DNA from: Bacilli bacterium
GTDB taxonomy: Bacteria; Bacillota_I; Bacilli_A; RFN20; CAG-826
Reading direction: 5' to 3'
DNA length: 64,000 nucleotides
Assembly: GCA_051872395.1 (NCBI GenBank)
Contig: JBJEDU010000035.1
Span: 5,740-69,739, forward strand
Under the pieces are notes generated by a model. It saw only the letters and a list, made by a program, of their open reading frames with translations, did no database searches and had not been told where the DNA came from. Position 1 is the first letter of the stretch. The number at the start of each line of letters is the position of its first letter. A program made the position numbers and the translations under genes. Below, in pieces: positions 1 through 10,090 of this stretch.

Positions 1-782
1 TAGTATTTCCATCATCAGTTAAGTTAATGGTTTTCATCTTAACATCGATGGAATAATCTTTTTCTTTTCGTAATGCTTTAGCAAATCTATCTGCGACCGT
101 ATATTGACTAGCGCTGGCTCTAGCACCACCTGAAATAATAAGAGGTGTACGAGATTCATCAATTAAAATTGAGTCAGCTTCATCGACGATACAGAAATTA
201 AGTCCTCTTAAAACTCGACCATTTAAATCAACGGCCATATTGTCGCGGAGATAATCAAAGCCTAATTCCGAGTTTGTAGAATATGTGATATCACATAAAT
301 ATGCTTCACGTTTTTCTGAGGTTGTTTTTGTTCTTAAGTTAACACCGACGGTTAAACCTAAGAAACGATAAACTTGGCCCATCCATTCGGCGTCACGTTG
401 TGATAAATATTCGTTGACGGTAACAACATGGACACCCTTCCCAGCGAGAGCGTTTAAATAAACCGCCATCGTGGCAGTTAATGTTTTACCTTCACCGGTT
501 TTCATTTCAGCGACATCACCATTATGTAAAACTAATGATCCAATAATTTGGACTTTATATGGAAATTCACCAAGAGTTCTTTTCGCAGCTTCGCGACAAA
601 CTGCAAAAGCTTCATATTTAATATCTTCTAATGTTTTTCCATTCGCTAGTTGTTCTTTAAAATAAGCTGTCTTTTCTCTTAATTCATCGTCAGATAATTG
701 ACTCATCGCTGTTTCATAAGCGATAACTTTATTCGCTTCTTTATCATATTTTTTTAACATGCGTTTATCAAAGAAACCCATC
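1..782 (-). CDS. secA: Preprotein translocase ATPase SecA, N-terminal part (5' end at 782, gene continues beyond window start)
   Basis: Hand translation of minus strand from ATG at 782 gives MGFFDKRML...[51 protein letters not shown]...[19 protein letters not shown], the canonical SecA DEAD-motor N-terminus; not in the ORF track because truncated. Confidence 0.9.
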
Positions 783-902
783 TAATATCACCTTTCACTT
801 GAAGCGTGCCTTTCTAGATAAAAATTAAATTATTAAATTATTCGTTAAATATAATAACACTAACTATATAAATTAGTCTAATAATAAATAGTATATTTAT
901 AC

Positions 903-1571
903 TTATAGTTTATATGGAGTTTTTGCCATAACTAAGACCTTAATCTTTTTTGGAGAGTAGGGTTTTATTAAATTAATCATGGCCTTAACAGTTGAACCAG
1001 TAGTAAAAACATCATCGACAATTAAAACATTTTTATTCGTTAACATTTCCCCGTTTTCAATTCTTAAATATTTATAAATATTTTTTCTTTCCTCTTTACT
1101 GACGTCAACTTGTCTTTTAATTATGTCTTTAAAAATGATGTTTATTTGTTTGTTTTTCATTACTTTAAACATTTCTTGAACATGATTAAAACCTCTATCT
1201 AAATCATCTTCTTTACTTGATGGAGCGCAAATCAAAATATAATTTGAAAATAAAAAATTTAGATATGATCGATAATTTATTAAAAATACATCTTTGAGAC
1301 AAATATCATAACAACCTTTAAATTGAAACAATAATTCTTTGATAAAATCATCGTATTCATATATGGATAAGCATTGGATATTTTCAAATTTAAATTTAAA
1401 AAATTTTGGATTCATCTTTGTTAAGCAAGATGGGCAAATCTTTGAAGAGTGAGCAAAAATAAAAGTGAACAAATTACTTTTAAAAGTAGATAAACAAATT
1501 TCACAATGAATTGTTTTTCTCTTTGATTGAGGAAATAGACTTTTCAATTTTGTCATTAATCTCATTAGCAA
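903..1571 (-). CDS. comFC: ComF operon protein C-like phosphoribosyltransferase (zinc-finger plus PRTase fold)
   Basis: CxxC...CxxC N-terminal motif and PRTase signature VLIVDDVFTTGSTV; overlaps upstream comFA-like gene. Confidence 0.8.
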   Translation of the reverse strand: MLMRLMTKLKSLFPQSKRKTIHCEICLSTFKSNLFTFIFAHSSKICPSCLTKMNPKFFKFKFENIQCLSIYEYDDFIKELLFQFKGCYDICLKDVFLINYRSYLNFLFSNYILICAPSSKEDDLDRGFNHVQEMFKVMKNKQINIIFKDIIKRQVDVSKEERKNIYKYLRIENGEMLTNKNVLIVDDVFTTGSTVKAMINLIKPYSPKKIKVLVMAKTPYKL

Positions 1572-2643
1572 TAAAAATTACCTTTCCAGTTGGAGCATCT
1601 TTTTTTCTGCCCACTCTTCCACTTATTTGCTCTAATGAATATTCATCGTATATTTCGTGATTAGCGTGCATAACTATCACTTGTAAATCTTTGACAGTTA
1701 CTCCTCTTTCCAAAACAGAAGTAGTAACTAAATAATCAAGATTCCCGTTTTTAAAAGATTGGATAATTTCATTTCTATTTTCTTTTTTAGAATGAACAAC
1801 ATTGCCGTTTGGGATAAAAAATTTGATAAATTTATAACCAGACTCTGAAAGAAGAATAGTAGGGAAAAATACAAATAATCTCTTTTTGTTTTTTATCAAT
1901 TTTTTCATTATGAAAACTAAATAAAAATAATCAAACGGGGATGCGATTCTTTTAAATTCTGGGATTGGCAAATCATAACCATGAAAACGATGATTAAGAT
2001 GCAATACTTCAAATCCATCTTGGGAAAAGTAGTCAATTGTTTCTTTGTTAGGGGTTGCACTTAGCAAAATATAGGGGCCTTTTAAAGAAGATACAAAGAA
2101 ATGATTGAGCAGCCTATTATCCTTGAATGGAAATGCATCGATTTCATCCATAATCAATAGATCAAAATAAAAAGTATATCGATATAGTTGATGTGTAGTT
2201 AAACATATAATATCCGCTGATAAAATCGAAGTATTTCCACCATATACTGCGACGACAGTATTATCTAAAAATATTTCTTTCAACCTTTGATATATTTCAA
2301 TCACAACATCTTTTCGAGGAATAGCAAAACCAATAGATAATTTATTTTTTAATGCATATGATATGACCTTTAAAACTATTTCTGTTTTTCCTGCTCCACA
2401 GACAGCATGGACTAAACTATTAACATTATTTTTATAATTTGATAAAAGTTTATCCGATAAAACTTCTTGCTCCCTCGATAACTTATAAGACAAATACGCT
2501 CGATATCCCTTTGGGTTAGTTTTTTCTATTTGTCTATTGTTTTGAAATTTAATACATACCCGACAATATCTAACCCCCTTTCTTATGCCGGTTAAGTTTA
2601 AATCTTTGTTTCCACATATAGGACAAATAAAAGGACTACCCAT
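1501..2643 (-). CDS. comFA: ComFA-like DEAD-box helicase/translocase (late competence)
   Basis: N-terminal Cys4 zinc finger (CPICG...CRVC), Walker A AVCGAGKTE, DEAD-like LIMDEID, helicase C-terminal motifs; upstream of comFC. Confidence 0.8.
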   Translation of the reverse strand: MGSPFICPICGNKDLNLTGIRKGVRYCRVCIKFQNNRQIEKTNPKGYRAYLSYKLSREQEVLSDKLLSNYKNNVNSLVHAVCGAGKTEIVLKVISYALKNKLSIGFAIPRKDVVIEIYQRLKEIFLDNTVVAVYGGNTSILSADIICLTTHQLYRYTFYFDLLIMDEIDAFPFKDNRLLNHFFVSSLKGPYILLSATPNKETIDYFSQDGFEVLHLNHRFHGYDLPIPEFKRIASPFDYFYLVFIMKKLIKNKKRLFVFFPTILLSESGYKFIKFFIPNGNVVHSKKENRNEIIQSFKNGNLDYLVTTSVLERGVTVKDLQVIVMHANHEIYDEYSLEQISGRVGRKKDAPTGKVIFIANEINDKIEKSISSIKEKNNSL

Positions 2644-2659
2644 ACTATCTAAGTAGTCC
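2633..2659 (-). terminator. 7-bp GC-containing inverted repeat (ggactac..13 nt..gtagtcc) followed on minus strand by UUUUAUUUGU; overlaps comFA start codon
   Basis: Seen directly; lies 25-50 nt downstream of ATPase stop (2684) and spans the comFA ATG at 2643. Confidence 0.3.
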
Positions 2660-2683
2660 CATTTTTTGTCTTTTGATTATAAA

Positions 2684-4846
2684 TTATTTAATTTTTTTAA
2701 CTAAAAGAAGCAAAACATAAATTGTTAATACTAACGATAAGCCAGTATCACATAACACTGCGACCCACATCGGAAGCTTAATAAATGGAATTAAAGATAA
2801 AACCATAATAATAACTTTTATTGAAAGCGCAAAAACGATAGAAGAAATAGCCTTGAATCTAGTTTTTTTAGCAATCTTAATCGCGCTAACCAATTTATAA
2901 GGGTCATCATTCATGATAACAATATCAGCGTTATCAACAACACTATCACTGCCTAATGAGCCCATCGCGACACCAACATCACTAAGTACAATACTTGGTG
3001 CGTCATTAACTCCATCGCCGACATAGCCAGTCGCTCCTTTATTATTATCAATAACCTCTTTTAAAGAAGATAATTTCTCTTCAGGTAATAATTCATATTT
3101 AACTGATTTGAGGTTAATTTTATCAGCGGTAAATAACGCGCTTTCCTTTTTCGCTCCAGTTAACATTACTGTATTAATATCATGATTATTTAAATATTCG
3201 ATAGTCTTATATGAACCTTCTTTAATTGTGTCATCTAAAGAAATATATCCATAACATTTATTATCAATAACTAAATAAATATTAAGTAGATTATACTCAG
3301 CTGAAACAAAATCTATATTGTGTTGTTTCAAATATGATTCATTTACAATTTTAATTTCTTTTCCAAGATAAGTATATTCCACTCCATGACCTTGAATTTC
3401 GTTAAAAGACTTAACATTTGCAACATTTACACTATTTTTTAACAAAGAAACAACAGCTTTTGCAATTGGATGAGAAGACAAAGATTCACCCATGACAATG
3501 TAGTTATAAAATTCTTCTTTAGAAATTTCTTCAGATATTTTTTCACCAACTAAAGAAAATTGACCAGTTGTTAAAGTTCCAGTTTTATCAAAAACCACTG
3601 TTGATAATTCATTTAAACGATCTAAATAATTACCACCTTTAATAATAATTCCATTCTTTGCTCCTAAAGCCACACCACTAAAATAACTAAGCGGTACCGA
3701 TATGACTATTGCGCATGGACAAGAAATTACTAAGAAGGTTAAAGCAGTATAAAGATAATTACTCCAAGTACTCCAGGCCCAAACATTTGTAAATAAACAA
3801 GTAAATAAAGGTGGAAATATAGCGATAATAAGCGCTAATAAACAGACGATAGGAGTATATATTTTAGCGAATTTATTAATAAAAGATTCAGCTTTGGCTT
3901 TATGTTCTCCGCTTTCTAAAACCATATTTAAAATTTGTGATGTTTTAGAATTGGTAAATGTTGAAGTAGCTTCAATGGATAAAGACCCATCTTTTAAAAT
4001 GGTCCCAGAATAAACAACATCATTTTCATTTACTAATACTGGAACAAATTCTCCAGTTAAAGATGATTGATCAATCGTTCCTTTTCCTTCTTTTACTATT
4101 CCATCAACTGGAAGAACTTCACCAATTTTTATTTTGAGTAAATCTCCTTCTTTAATATCATCACAACTTATTTCTTGAATACCCCCATTACTTAATATTT
4201 TAGATGCGGTTTTACTTCTCATATCAATTGTATTAACAATAATATTTTTTGATTTAATCAAAGAAATTTCTTCAAAAATATTACCGACTTGAGAAAGCAT
4301 AATAACAAGAATCGCTTCATTAAATTCCAATATGCAAAAAGCACCAATTGAAGCAACGACCATAAGTGTATTTTCATTAAATATAGTTTTAATAGATTTA
4401 AATCCTTTAAAGAATTTAATTAAAAAATCATAACTAATAAGTAAATAATCAATAATATATAAAGTAAAACTTATCCACCAAACTACATCGTAAGACTTTT
4501 TACTTAATGGACTAATAACAAAGATATTTATTAATAAGATAATTAAAGATAAAACTATCCTTCCAATCAAAATCATTATTGGCTTAGTAATAATCTTTGT
4601 TTTACCACTACTACGATTATCATTTTCAAATTTTGTAATGGTAATATCTTCGTTTTCAATTTCTTTAATTAAAGAAAGTAATTGTTCGTTTTCTAATTCG
4701 CTATTTTTATAAACTACTGTTAATTTTTCATTTAAAAAATCTAAGTTACAAGATTCAACTTCTTTATTAGTAGCAATATGATTTTGAATTTTTAAAGCAC
4801 AATTAGGGCAATCAATCCCTTTAATTTTATATTTAATCTTCTTCAT
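2684..4846 (-). CDS. P1B-type heavy-metal translocating ATPase (Cd/Zn/Pb-type, CadA/ZntA-like)
   Basis: N-terminal HMA domain with CPNC, TM6 CPC motif (SCPCAIV), DKTGTLT phosphorylation site, GDGVNDAP hinge, TM8 CDTG; 720 aa. Confidence 0.9.
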   Translation of the reverse strand: MKKIKYKIKGIDCPNCALKIQNHIATNKEVESCNLDFLNEKLTVVYKNSELENEQLLSLIKEIENEDITITKFENDNRSSGKTKIITKPIMILIGRIVLSLIILLINIFVISPLSKKSYDVVWWISFTLYIIDYLLISYDFLIKFFKGFKSIKTIFNENTLMVVASIGAFCILEFNEAILVIMLSQVGNIFEEISLIKSKNIIVNTIDMRSKTASKILSNGGIQEISCDDIKEGDLLKIKIGEVLPVDGIVKEGKGTIDQSSLTGEFVPVLVNENDVVYSGTILKDGSLSIEATSTFTNSKTSQILNMVLESGEHKAKAESFINKFAKIYTPIVCLLALIIAIFPPLFTCLFTNVWAWSTWSNYLYTALTFLVISCPCAIVISVPLSYFSGVALGAKNGIIIKGGNYLDRLNELSTVVFDKTGTLTTGQFSLVGEKISEEISKEEFYNYIVMGESLSSHPIAKAVVSLLKNSVNVANVKSFNEIQGHGVEYTYLGKEIKIVNESYLKQHNIDFVSAEYNLLNIYLVIDNKCYGYISLDDTIKEGSYKTIEYLNNHDINTVMLTGAKKESALFTADKINLKSVKYELLPEEKLSSLKEVIDNNKGATGYVGDGVNDAPSIVLSDVGVAMGSLGSDSVVDNADIVIMNDDPYKLVSAIKIAKKTRFKAISSIVFALSIKVIIMVLSLIPFIKLPMWVAVLCDTGLSLVLTIYVLLLLVKKIK

Positions 4847-5147
4847 CTTTTAATTTCTCCTTTGCATGTTGATAAGCAACAGAAATTAAAAGTTGAACAT
4901 GTTCATCATCTAAAAAATAAAAGACATAATTTTTTTCTTTTCTAAATGAAACAAGTTTCGCTTTCTTTAATATTTTTAATTGATGTGACACTAAAGATTG
5001 AGAAGCATTAATCTCAAATTGAATATCAGAAACACATTTTTCCCCTTCAAATAAACATAATAATATTTTTAGTCGAGTCTCATCAGCGGCTATTTGTAAT
5101 AACTGTGACATTTCTGTCAATAAATCTTCATTAATTTTATCAATCAT
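4833..5147 (-). CDS. ArsR/SmtB-family metalloregulator (CadC-like)
   Basis: wHTH ArsR signature (DETRLKILLCL...CVSDI...SQSLVSHQLKILKKAKLV); start moved to second Met (5147) which has RBS tagAGGTaaaatt; overlaps ATPase start by 14 nt. Confidence 0.8.
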   Translation of the reverse strand: MIDKINEDLLTEMSQLLQIAADETRLKILLCLFEGEKCVSDIQFEINASQSLVSHQLKILKKAKLVSFRKEKNYVFYFLDDEHVQLLISVAYQHAKEKLKDEED

Positions 5148-5159
5148 AATTTTACCTCT

Positions 5160-5212
5160 ATATGAATAACTGTTCATATTTCAATTATTATTATATGAAT
5201 AGTTGTTCATAT
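5160..5212. promoter_or_regulatory. Two tandem 20-bp imperfect palindromes ATATGAATAACTGTTCATAT and ATATGAATAGTTGTTCATAT: candidate ArsR/SmtB operators in promoter of the arsR-ATPase operon
   Basis: Direct reading; 7-6-7 inverted repeat ATATGAA..TTCATAT repeated 33 bp apart immediately upstream of the repressor gene. Confidence 0.45.
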
Positions 5213-5258
5213 TGTAAACAAAAAAATATCCTGGAATAACCAGAATATTAATTTTTTA

Positions 5259-5696
5259 TTAATCATTGATATTATCAATGAAATCTACACGAACTTGGTG
5301 TCTTCCACCTTCAAATTTAGTATTTAAGAATATTTCTAATCGGGTGATTATATCATTTAAAGCCATAAATTTTTGTGAAAATGATATAACATTCGCGTTA
5401 TTATGCTTTCTCATTAAAGAGGCAACTTGATCATTATACGCTAAGCCGCATCTAACACCCTTAACTTTATTTGCAGCCATGCAAACACCTTCGCCACTCG
5501 TACAAATAACTACGCCATAATCAGCCTTTTTAGTTTGAACATCTTTAGCGACTTTATAAGCATATTCTGCGTAATTACAAGAATCTAATGAATGTGTTCC
5601 TTCATCAATTACTTCATAATTATGTTCTTTTAAATATTTAATAACTTCTTGTTTATATTCATATCCGCCATGATCTGAACCAATGCTAATTACCAT
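5259..5696 (-). CDS. rpiB: Ribose-5-phosphate isomerase B (RpiB/LacAB family)
   Basis: 145 aa, MVISIGSDHGG...GVVICTSGEGVCMAANK motif typical of RpiB. Confidence 0.85.
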   Translation of the reverse strand: MVISIGSDHGGYEYKQEVIKYLKEHNYEVIDEGTHSLDSCNYAEYAYKVAKDVQTKKADYGVVICTSGEGVCMAANKVKGVRCGLAYNDQVASLMRKHNNANVISFSQKFMALNDIITRLEIFLNTKFEGGRHQVRVDFIDNIND

Positions 5697-6288
5697 GTTT
5701 AATAGCCTCCTTTATATCAATAAATTTAATACTTCCTTCTCTTATTAATTTTATATCATCTTGCGTTAAGTCAACAATAGTGGACGCAACAGATTTATTT
5801 GAATCAATTTGAACCAAATAATCAATTTCATCTTTAAAAACTTCATTTACTTCTTGATAAGTTAAACAAGGTTTTTCACCACTTTTATTAGCGCTCGGCA
5901 CTAATAATGGTTTATTTGCAATATTTAATATTTCTAAAGTGACATCAAAATTAGGAACTCTTATACCAATTATTCCACTATTATGAGTGACATAACCCGG
6001 TATATTATCTTTTGCTTTTACCAAAATAGTTAAAGCTCCAGGCATAAATTTATTAATGATTAATTTATCTCTTGAATTTAATAAAGCAAATTTTTCGATT
6101 TCATCAACATTTTTTAACATTAAAGTATATGGCTTATTTTCTTCTCTATTTTTGATTTTGTTCAATTTTTGATACGCTAAAAAATCATCATAAATTACCC
6201 CTAGTCCCATAACAGTTTCCGTAGGAAAAGCAATAACACCATGATTATTTAAAGCATTTAAAATTTTTTTTGAATCGATGTTTTTCAT
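5686..6288 (-). CDS. tsaC: L-threonylcarbamoyladenylate synthase (YrdC/Sua5 domain, short TsaC form)
   Basis: 200 aa YrdC-like fold; conserved position between rpiB and prmC as in many Firmicutes. Confidence 0.75.
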   Translation of the reverse strand: MKNIDSKKILNALNNHGVIAFPTETVMGLGVIYDDFLAYQKLNKIKNREENKPYTLMLKNVDEIEKFALLNSRDKLIINKFMPGALTILVKAKDNIPGYVTHNSGIIGIRVPNFDVTLEILNIANKPLLVPSANKSGEKPCLTYQEVNEVFKDEIDYLVQIDSNKSVASTIVDLTQDDIKLIREGSIKFIDIKEAIKHGN

Positions 6289-6290
6289 AA

Positions 6291-7133
6291 TTAATTTTTA
6301 AAAATAAATAAAAATCTATATTTATTATACATATCTTTTTTAAAGATATATGACATATTATTACTTAAATTATTTTTTAAAAATATTTCTAAATCATTAA
6401 CAGAAGTATCTTCAATTTCAAATGCGAATAAACCATTATCGTTAAGTAAATCCATTCCCTTTAAAATGATACGCTCATAAAATTCAATTGGATTAGAACA
6501 ATATAAAGCGATTGATGGTTCATATTTATTAACATTTTTGTCAACAGTATTTCGATTAAAAATATATGGTGGATTAGAAATAATCACATCAGCGTTTAAA
6601 TTATTTTTTAATGGATATTCTAAACAATCTGATTTGATTATATTAACTTCAAGTTTATTATTTAATGCATTAATTTTACTAACTTCAATAGCCTCTAAAG
6701 AAATATCAAATAAATACACATTCGAATTTTTAAAATAATCTTTTAAAGATAATCCAATTACTCCACTTCCAGAACAAACATCAAAAATATTTATTTTTTT
6801 ATCTTTGAATCTTTCTTTAATTAATTTCTTAGATATTTCCACTAATTCTTCAGTTTCATTTCGAGGAATTAAAACTCTTTCATCAACATAAAAATTTAAA
6901 GAACAAAACGAAACATTATTAGTAATATATTGGATAGGATATCCATCTTTTATTAAATATAAATATTTGTCAATTTTATCGATATTTTCTTTTTTTATTT
7001 CATCATCAAAATGAAAAGGAAGTTCATTAAAAGAAATGTTTAAACAAAAAGAAAACAATTCTTTAATTACTCTATCGTTTAAATATTCATTATCTAATTC
7101 TTTTAATTGAAAATATAGTTCACGAATTTTCAT
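6291..7133 (-). CDS. prmC: Release factor glutamine N5-methyltransferase PrmC (HemK)
   Basis: SAM-MTase motifs (DVCSGSGVIG) and NPPY catalytic motif; immediately downstream of prfA. Confidence 0.85.
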   Translation of the reverse strand: MKIRELYFQLKELDNEYLNDRVIKELFSFCLNISFNELPFHFDDEIKKENIDKIDKYLYLIKDGYPIQYITNNVSFCSLNFYVDERVLIPRNETEELVEISKKLIKERFKDKKINIFDVCSGSGVIGLSLKDYFKNSNVYLFDISLEAIEVSKINALNNKLEVNIIKSDCLEYPLKNNLNADVIISNPPYIFNRNTVDKNVNKYEPSIALYCSNPIEFYERIILKGMDLLNDNGLFAFEIEDTSVNDLEIFLKNNLSNNMSYIFKKDMYNKYRFLFIFKN

Positions 7134-8209
7134 TATGATTCTTGAGACATCTTTTGCTTTTGGTCAAAGTGAATCAAAGCTTCAATAACTTCCTCTAATT
7201 CACCTTCCATTACACGATCTAATTTTTGAATAGTAAAACCAATACGATGGTCAGTAACACGATTTTGAGGATAATTATATGTACGAATTTTTTCAGAACG
7301 CTCACCCGTTCCAACTTTTAACCTTCTCTCATTGCCAATTTTTTCTTGTTGCTCTTCGAGAAGTGTCGAATACATTTTCGCTCTTAACATTTGCATAGCA
7401 ATAGCTTTATTTTGAAGTTGGCTCTTCTCTGTTTGACAAGCGACAACAATACCAGTTGGAATATGTGTAATTCTAATTGCTGATTCAGTCTTATTGACGT
7501 TTTGTCCACCAGCGCCTTGAGAATGATATGTATCAATTTGTAAATCGTTAGGATTAATTTGAACATCAATTTCATCTGCTTCAGGCATGACAAGAACGGT
7601 CGCTGTTGAAGTATGAATTCTACCACTCGCTTCAGTGCGAGGAACTCTTTGAACACGATGTGCACCACTTTCAAATTTCAATTTAGAGTAAACAGAATCT
7701 CCCTTAATCATAAACGAAACTAACGCAAAACCCCCGGCTTCTGATGGATTTTCATCTATCATTTGAATTTTCCATCCTTGTGTTTCTGCGTAACGGGTAT
7801 ACATTCTAAAAAGGTCACCTGCAAAAATATTTGCTTCATCTCCACCAGCAGCCCCTCTTATTTCAACAATAATATTCTTATCATCATTTGGATCTTTTGG
7901 TAATAAAAGGGTACGAAGTTCTTCAATGAGATTATCTTCTTCTTCACATAATGATTTATATTCCATTCTTCCCATTTCAGAAATTTCAGCGTCGCTATCA
8001 CTACTCATTTCAAGTGCTTGTTCTTTTTCTTCAATAATTTTTTTGTATCTTAAAAATTTCGAAACTTGGACATCTAAAACCGCTCTTTCTTTTGATATTT
8101 GTTTAAAGTGATTAATGTCTTTTAATGTTTCTTCATTCAATAATTCTTCATCGATTTCTTTTAACCTATTTTCTGCAGTAGAAAGTCTTTGATACATGCT
8201 ATCGTCCAT
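7133..8209 (-). CDS. prfA: Peptide chain release factor 1
   Basis: GGQ motif (SQGAGGQNVNK), RF1-type PxT tripeptide (PRT), high similarity to B. subtilis RF1; start placed at Met8 (8209) because of strong RBS GGAGG 8 nt upstream. Confidence 0.9.
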   Translation of the reverse strand: MDDSMYQRLSTAENRLKEIDEELLNEETLKDINHFKQISKERAVLDVQVSKFLRYKKIIEEKEQALEMSSDSDAEISEMGRMEYKSLCEEEDNLIEELRTLLLPKDPNDDKNIIVEIRGAAGGDEANIFAGDLFRMYTRYAETQGWKIQMIDENPSEAGGFALVSFMIKGDSVYSKLKFESGAHRVQRVPRTEASGRIHTSTATVLVMPEADEIDVQINPNDLQIDTYHSQGAGGQNVNKTESAIRITHIPTGIVVACQTEKSQLQNKAIAMQMLRAKMYSTLLEEQQEKIGNERRLKVGTGERSEKIRTYNYPQNRVTDHRIGFTIQKLDRVMEGELEEVIEALIHFDQKQKMSQES

Positions 8210-8333
8210 AAAAGAACCTCCAAATCGCAACTTATAATAACATATCTTTAAGATATAAAAAAGTAGTTAAGAGTATTATTTGCTTTGAATTTGATAAAAT
8301 TAATAAAAGTTAATTAATATTATATATTAACTA

Positions 8334-8362
8334 TTTAAAGAAACTGCTAATTTATGTATAAT
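8334..8362 (+). promoter_or_regulatory. Putative sigma-A promoter for dnaX operon (-35 TTTAAA, 17-bp spacer, -10 TATAAT)
   Basis: Hexamer reading in 150-bp divergent intergenic region; RBS AGGTGA precedes dnaX ATG. Confidence 0.3.
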
Positions 8363-8380
8363 CTTTTTAGGTGATAAATT

Positions 8381-10087
8381 ATGGCATATAAAGCATTATA
8401 CAGAACTTATCGTCCCACAACATTTGAAGAAGTTGCAGGGCAACAACATATTGTTAAAACTTTAAAAAACGCAATTAATAATAACAAGATTGCGCATGCA
8501 TATTTATTTACTGGTCCTCGTGGAACTGGTAAAACAACCATGGCTAAATTATTAGCGAAATCTTTAAACTGCGAACATGGAATCGGTTGTCAATGTAATG
8601 AATGTAAAAACTGTTTAGCGATAAATGAAGGTTCACATCCAGATGTCATTGAAATCGATGCTGCGAGTAATAATGGTGTTGAAGAAGTCCGTGATTTAAT
8701 TGAAAAAGTTAAATACGGAACGATTTTAGGTCGCTATAAAGTTTATATCATCGATGAAGTTCATATGATGTCGACTGGAGCATTTAACGCTCTATTGAAA
8801 ACTTTAGAAGAACCACCAGAACATGTCGTATTTATTTTAGCGACAACTGAACCAAATAAAATTCTTCCCACTATTTTATCTAGATGTCAAAGATATGACT
8901 TTTCTAAATTAAGCGATAACGAAATAAAAGAAAGAATCAAAGAAGTTTTAGTCAAAGAAAATATTGAATATAACGGAGAAGCTGTCGATTTAATCATCTC
9001 TCTTTCCGATGGAGGAATGCGAGATGCATTATCTTTATTAGACCAAGTTTTAGCGTATTCAAATAATGTACTTAACCCCGAAGATATTCTCGAAGTATTT
9101 TCTATTGAAAGTAAAGAAGAAAAAATCGGATTAATCAGCTCTATTGCTAAAAAAGATTTAAGCGATGTGTTATTAAGATTTAATAACTACATTAATAAAG
9201 GAACTGATATTAAAAGATTGACTAATGACTTATTACAAATATTAAAAGATTTTGTCATATTCTTAACGACCAAAAACGAAGAACTATTAACTGTTATTAA
9301 AAAAGATGATGTTAGATACATGCAAACATTTTTAAATAACAAAACTGCTTTAAAAATGGTCGATGAATTAATGTCAGCAATTAAAGATTTTAAAAACGTT
9401 AATAGCGTTAATACTCTCTTTGAAATTACTTTATTAAAACTCGCTAATATTGAAACAATCGTTTCAAATAAAAACGATGAAATCATCGAAGAAAAAGAAG
9501 TTAGTAAACCTAGTAATGAAAAGAAAGAAATAACTGTTGAGAAAAAAGAAGAAATCAAAACAAAAGTTGAAGAAACTAAAGAAGAAAAAGATGAACAAAT
9601 GTCTTTATTCGATGAAGATATTAAAGACATAAATCCAGTTATTAGTAATAATATTATTTATTTAAATAATTCTCGTGTTGATCAATCTTTTGTGATATCA
9701 GATCAAAAATTAGTAGAAATAATGGTCTTATCAAAAAAAGAAATCAAAAAAGAATTATTGAATAAATGGAACAATATCAAAAAATTAGCGTTGCACCCTG
9801 TACTTGGAAAAACTGCGACACTATTATTTGATGGTCATCCACTCGTCGCCAGTAAAAACATTTTGATTATGGAATATCAAACTAAAACACTTGCTGAAAA
9901 AGTTAACAAAATTGAAATGCAAAATTCTCTTCAAGATGTTGTCTTTAACTCTTTTGGAAGAAAAATGTTTGTTTACGCTTTATCGAGAATGGATAGCATC
10001 AAATTCCAAAATTTATACATGAACTTATTACAAATTAACAAATTGCCAAAAGAAGCAAATATCACATTAGATATGGTGGGGGAATAA
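8381..10087 (+). CDS. dnaX: DNA polymerase III subunits gamma/tau
   Basis: AAA+ clamp-loader motifs GPRGTGKTT, zinc module CEHGIGCQCNECKNC, SRC motif; 568 aa. Confidence 0.95.
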   Translation: MAYKALYRTYRPTTFEEVAGQQHIVKTLKNAINNNKIAHAYLFTGPRGTGKTTMAKLLAKSLNCEHGIGCQCNECKNCLAINEGSHPDVIEIDAASNNGVEEVRDLIEKVKYGTILGRYKVYIIDEVHMMSTGAFNALLKTLEEPPEHVVFILATTEPNKILPTILSRCQRYDFSKLSDNEIKERIKEVLVKENIEYNGEAVDLIISLSDGGMRDALSLLDQVLAYSNNVLNPEDILEVFSIESKEEKIGLISSIAKKDLSDVLLRFNNYINKGTDIKRLTNDLLQILKDFVIFLTTKNEELLTVIKKDDVRYMQTFLNNKTALKMVDELMSAIKDFKNVNSVNTLFEITLLKLANIETIVSNKNDEIIEEKEVSKPSNEKKEITVEKKEEIKTKVEETKEEKDEQMSLFDEDIKDINPVISNNIIYLNNSRVDQSFVISDQKLVEIMVLSKKEIKKELLNKWNNIKKLALHPVLGKTATLLFDGHPLVASKNILIMEYQTKTLAEKVNKIEMQNSLQDVVFNSFGRKMFVYALSRMDSIKFQNLYMNLLQINKLPKEANITLDMVGE

Positions 10088-10090
10088 AAA

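Noticed and set aside
471-665. 64-aa plus-strand ORF in track
   Set aside because: Lies entirely inside the minus-strand secA coding region, which has an unmistakable SecA translation; antisense artefact.
7600-7660. RF1 PxT tripeptide reads PRT rather than PAT/PET
   Set aside because: Middle position is variable among RF1 proteins; not evidence of altered stop-codon recognition.
6538-8111. Small nested ORFs (6538-6738 +, 7384-7674 -, 7926-8111 +)
   Set aside because: Embedded in or antisense to prmC/prfA, with no RBS or conserved motifs.
8231-8380. Checked for SRP/scRNA gene upstream of dnaX (as in B. subtilis)
   Set aside because: Region is AT-rich with no GGUGCUGUUUACC / domain-IV-like motif; too little structure.
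9187-9630. 147-aa Ser/Leu-rich minus-strand ORF
   Set aside because: Antisense to the Lys/Glu-rich linker of dnaX; low-complexity product typical of reverse-frame artefacts in AT-rich DNA.
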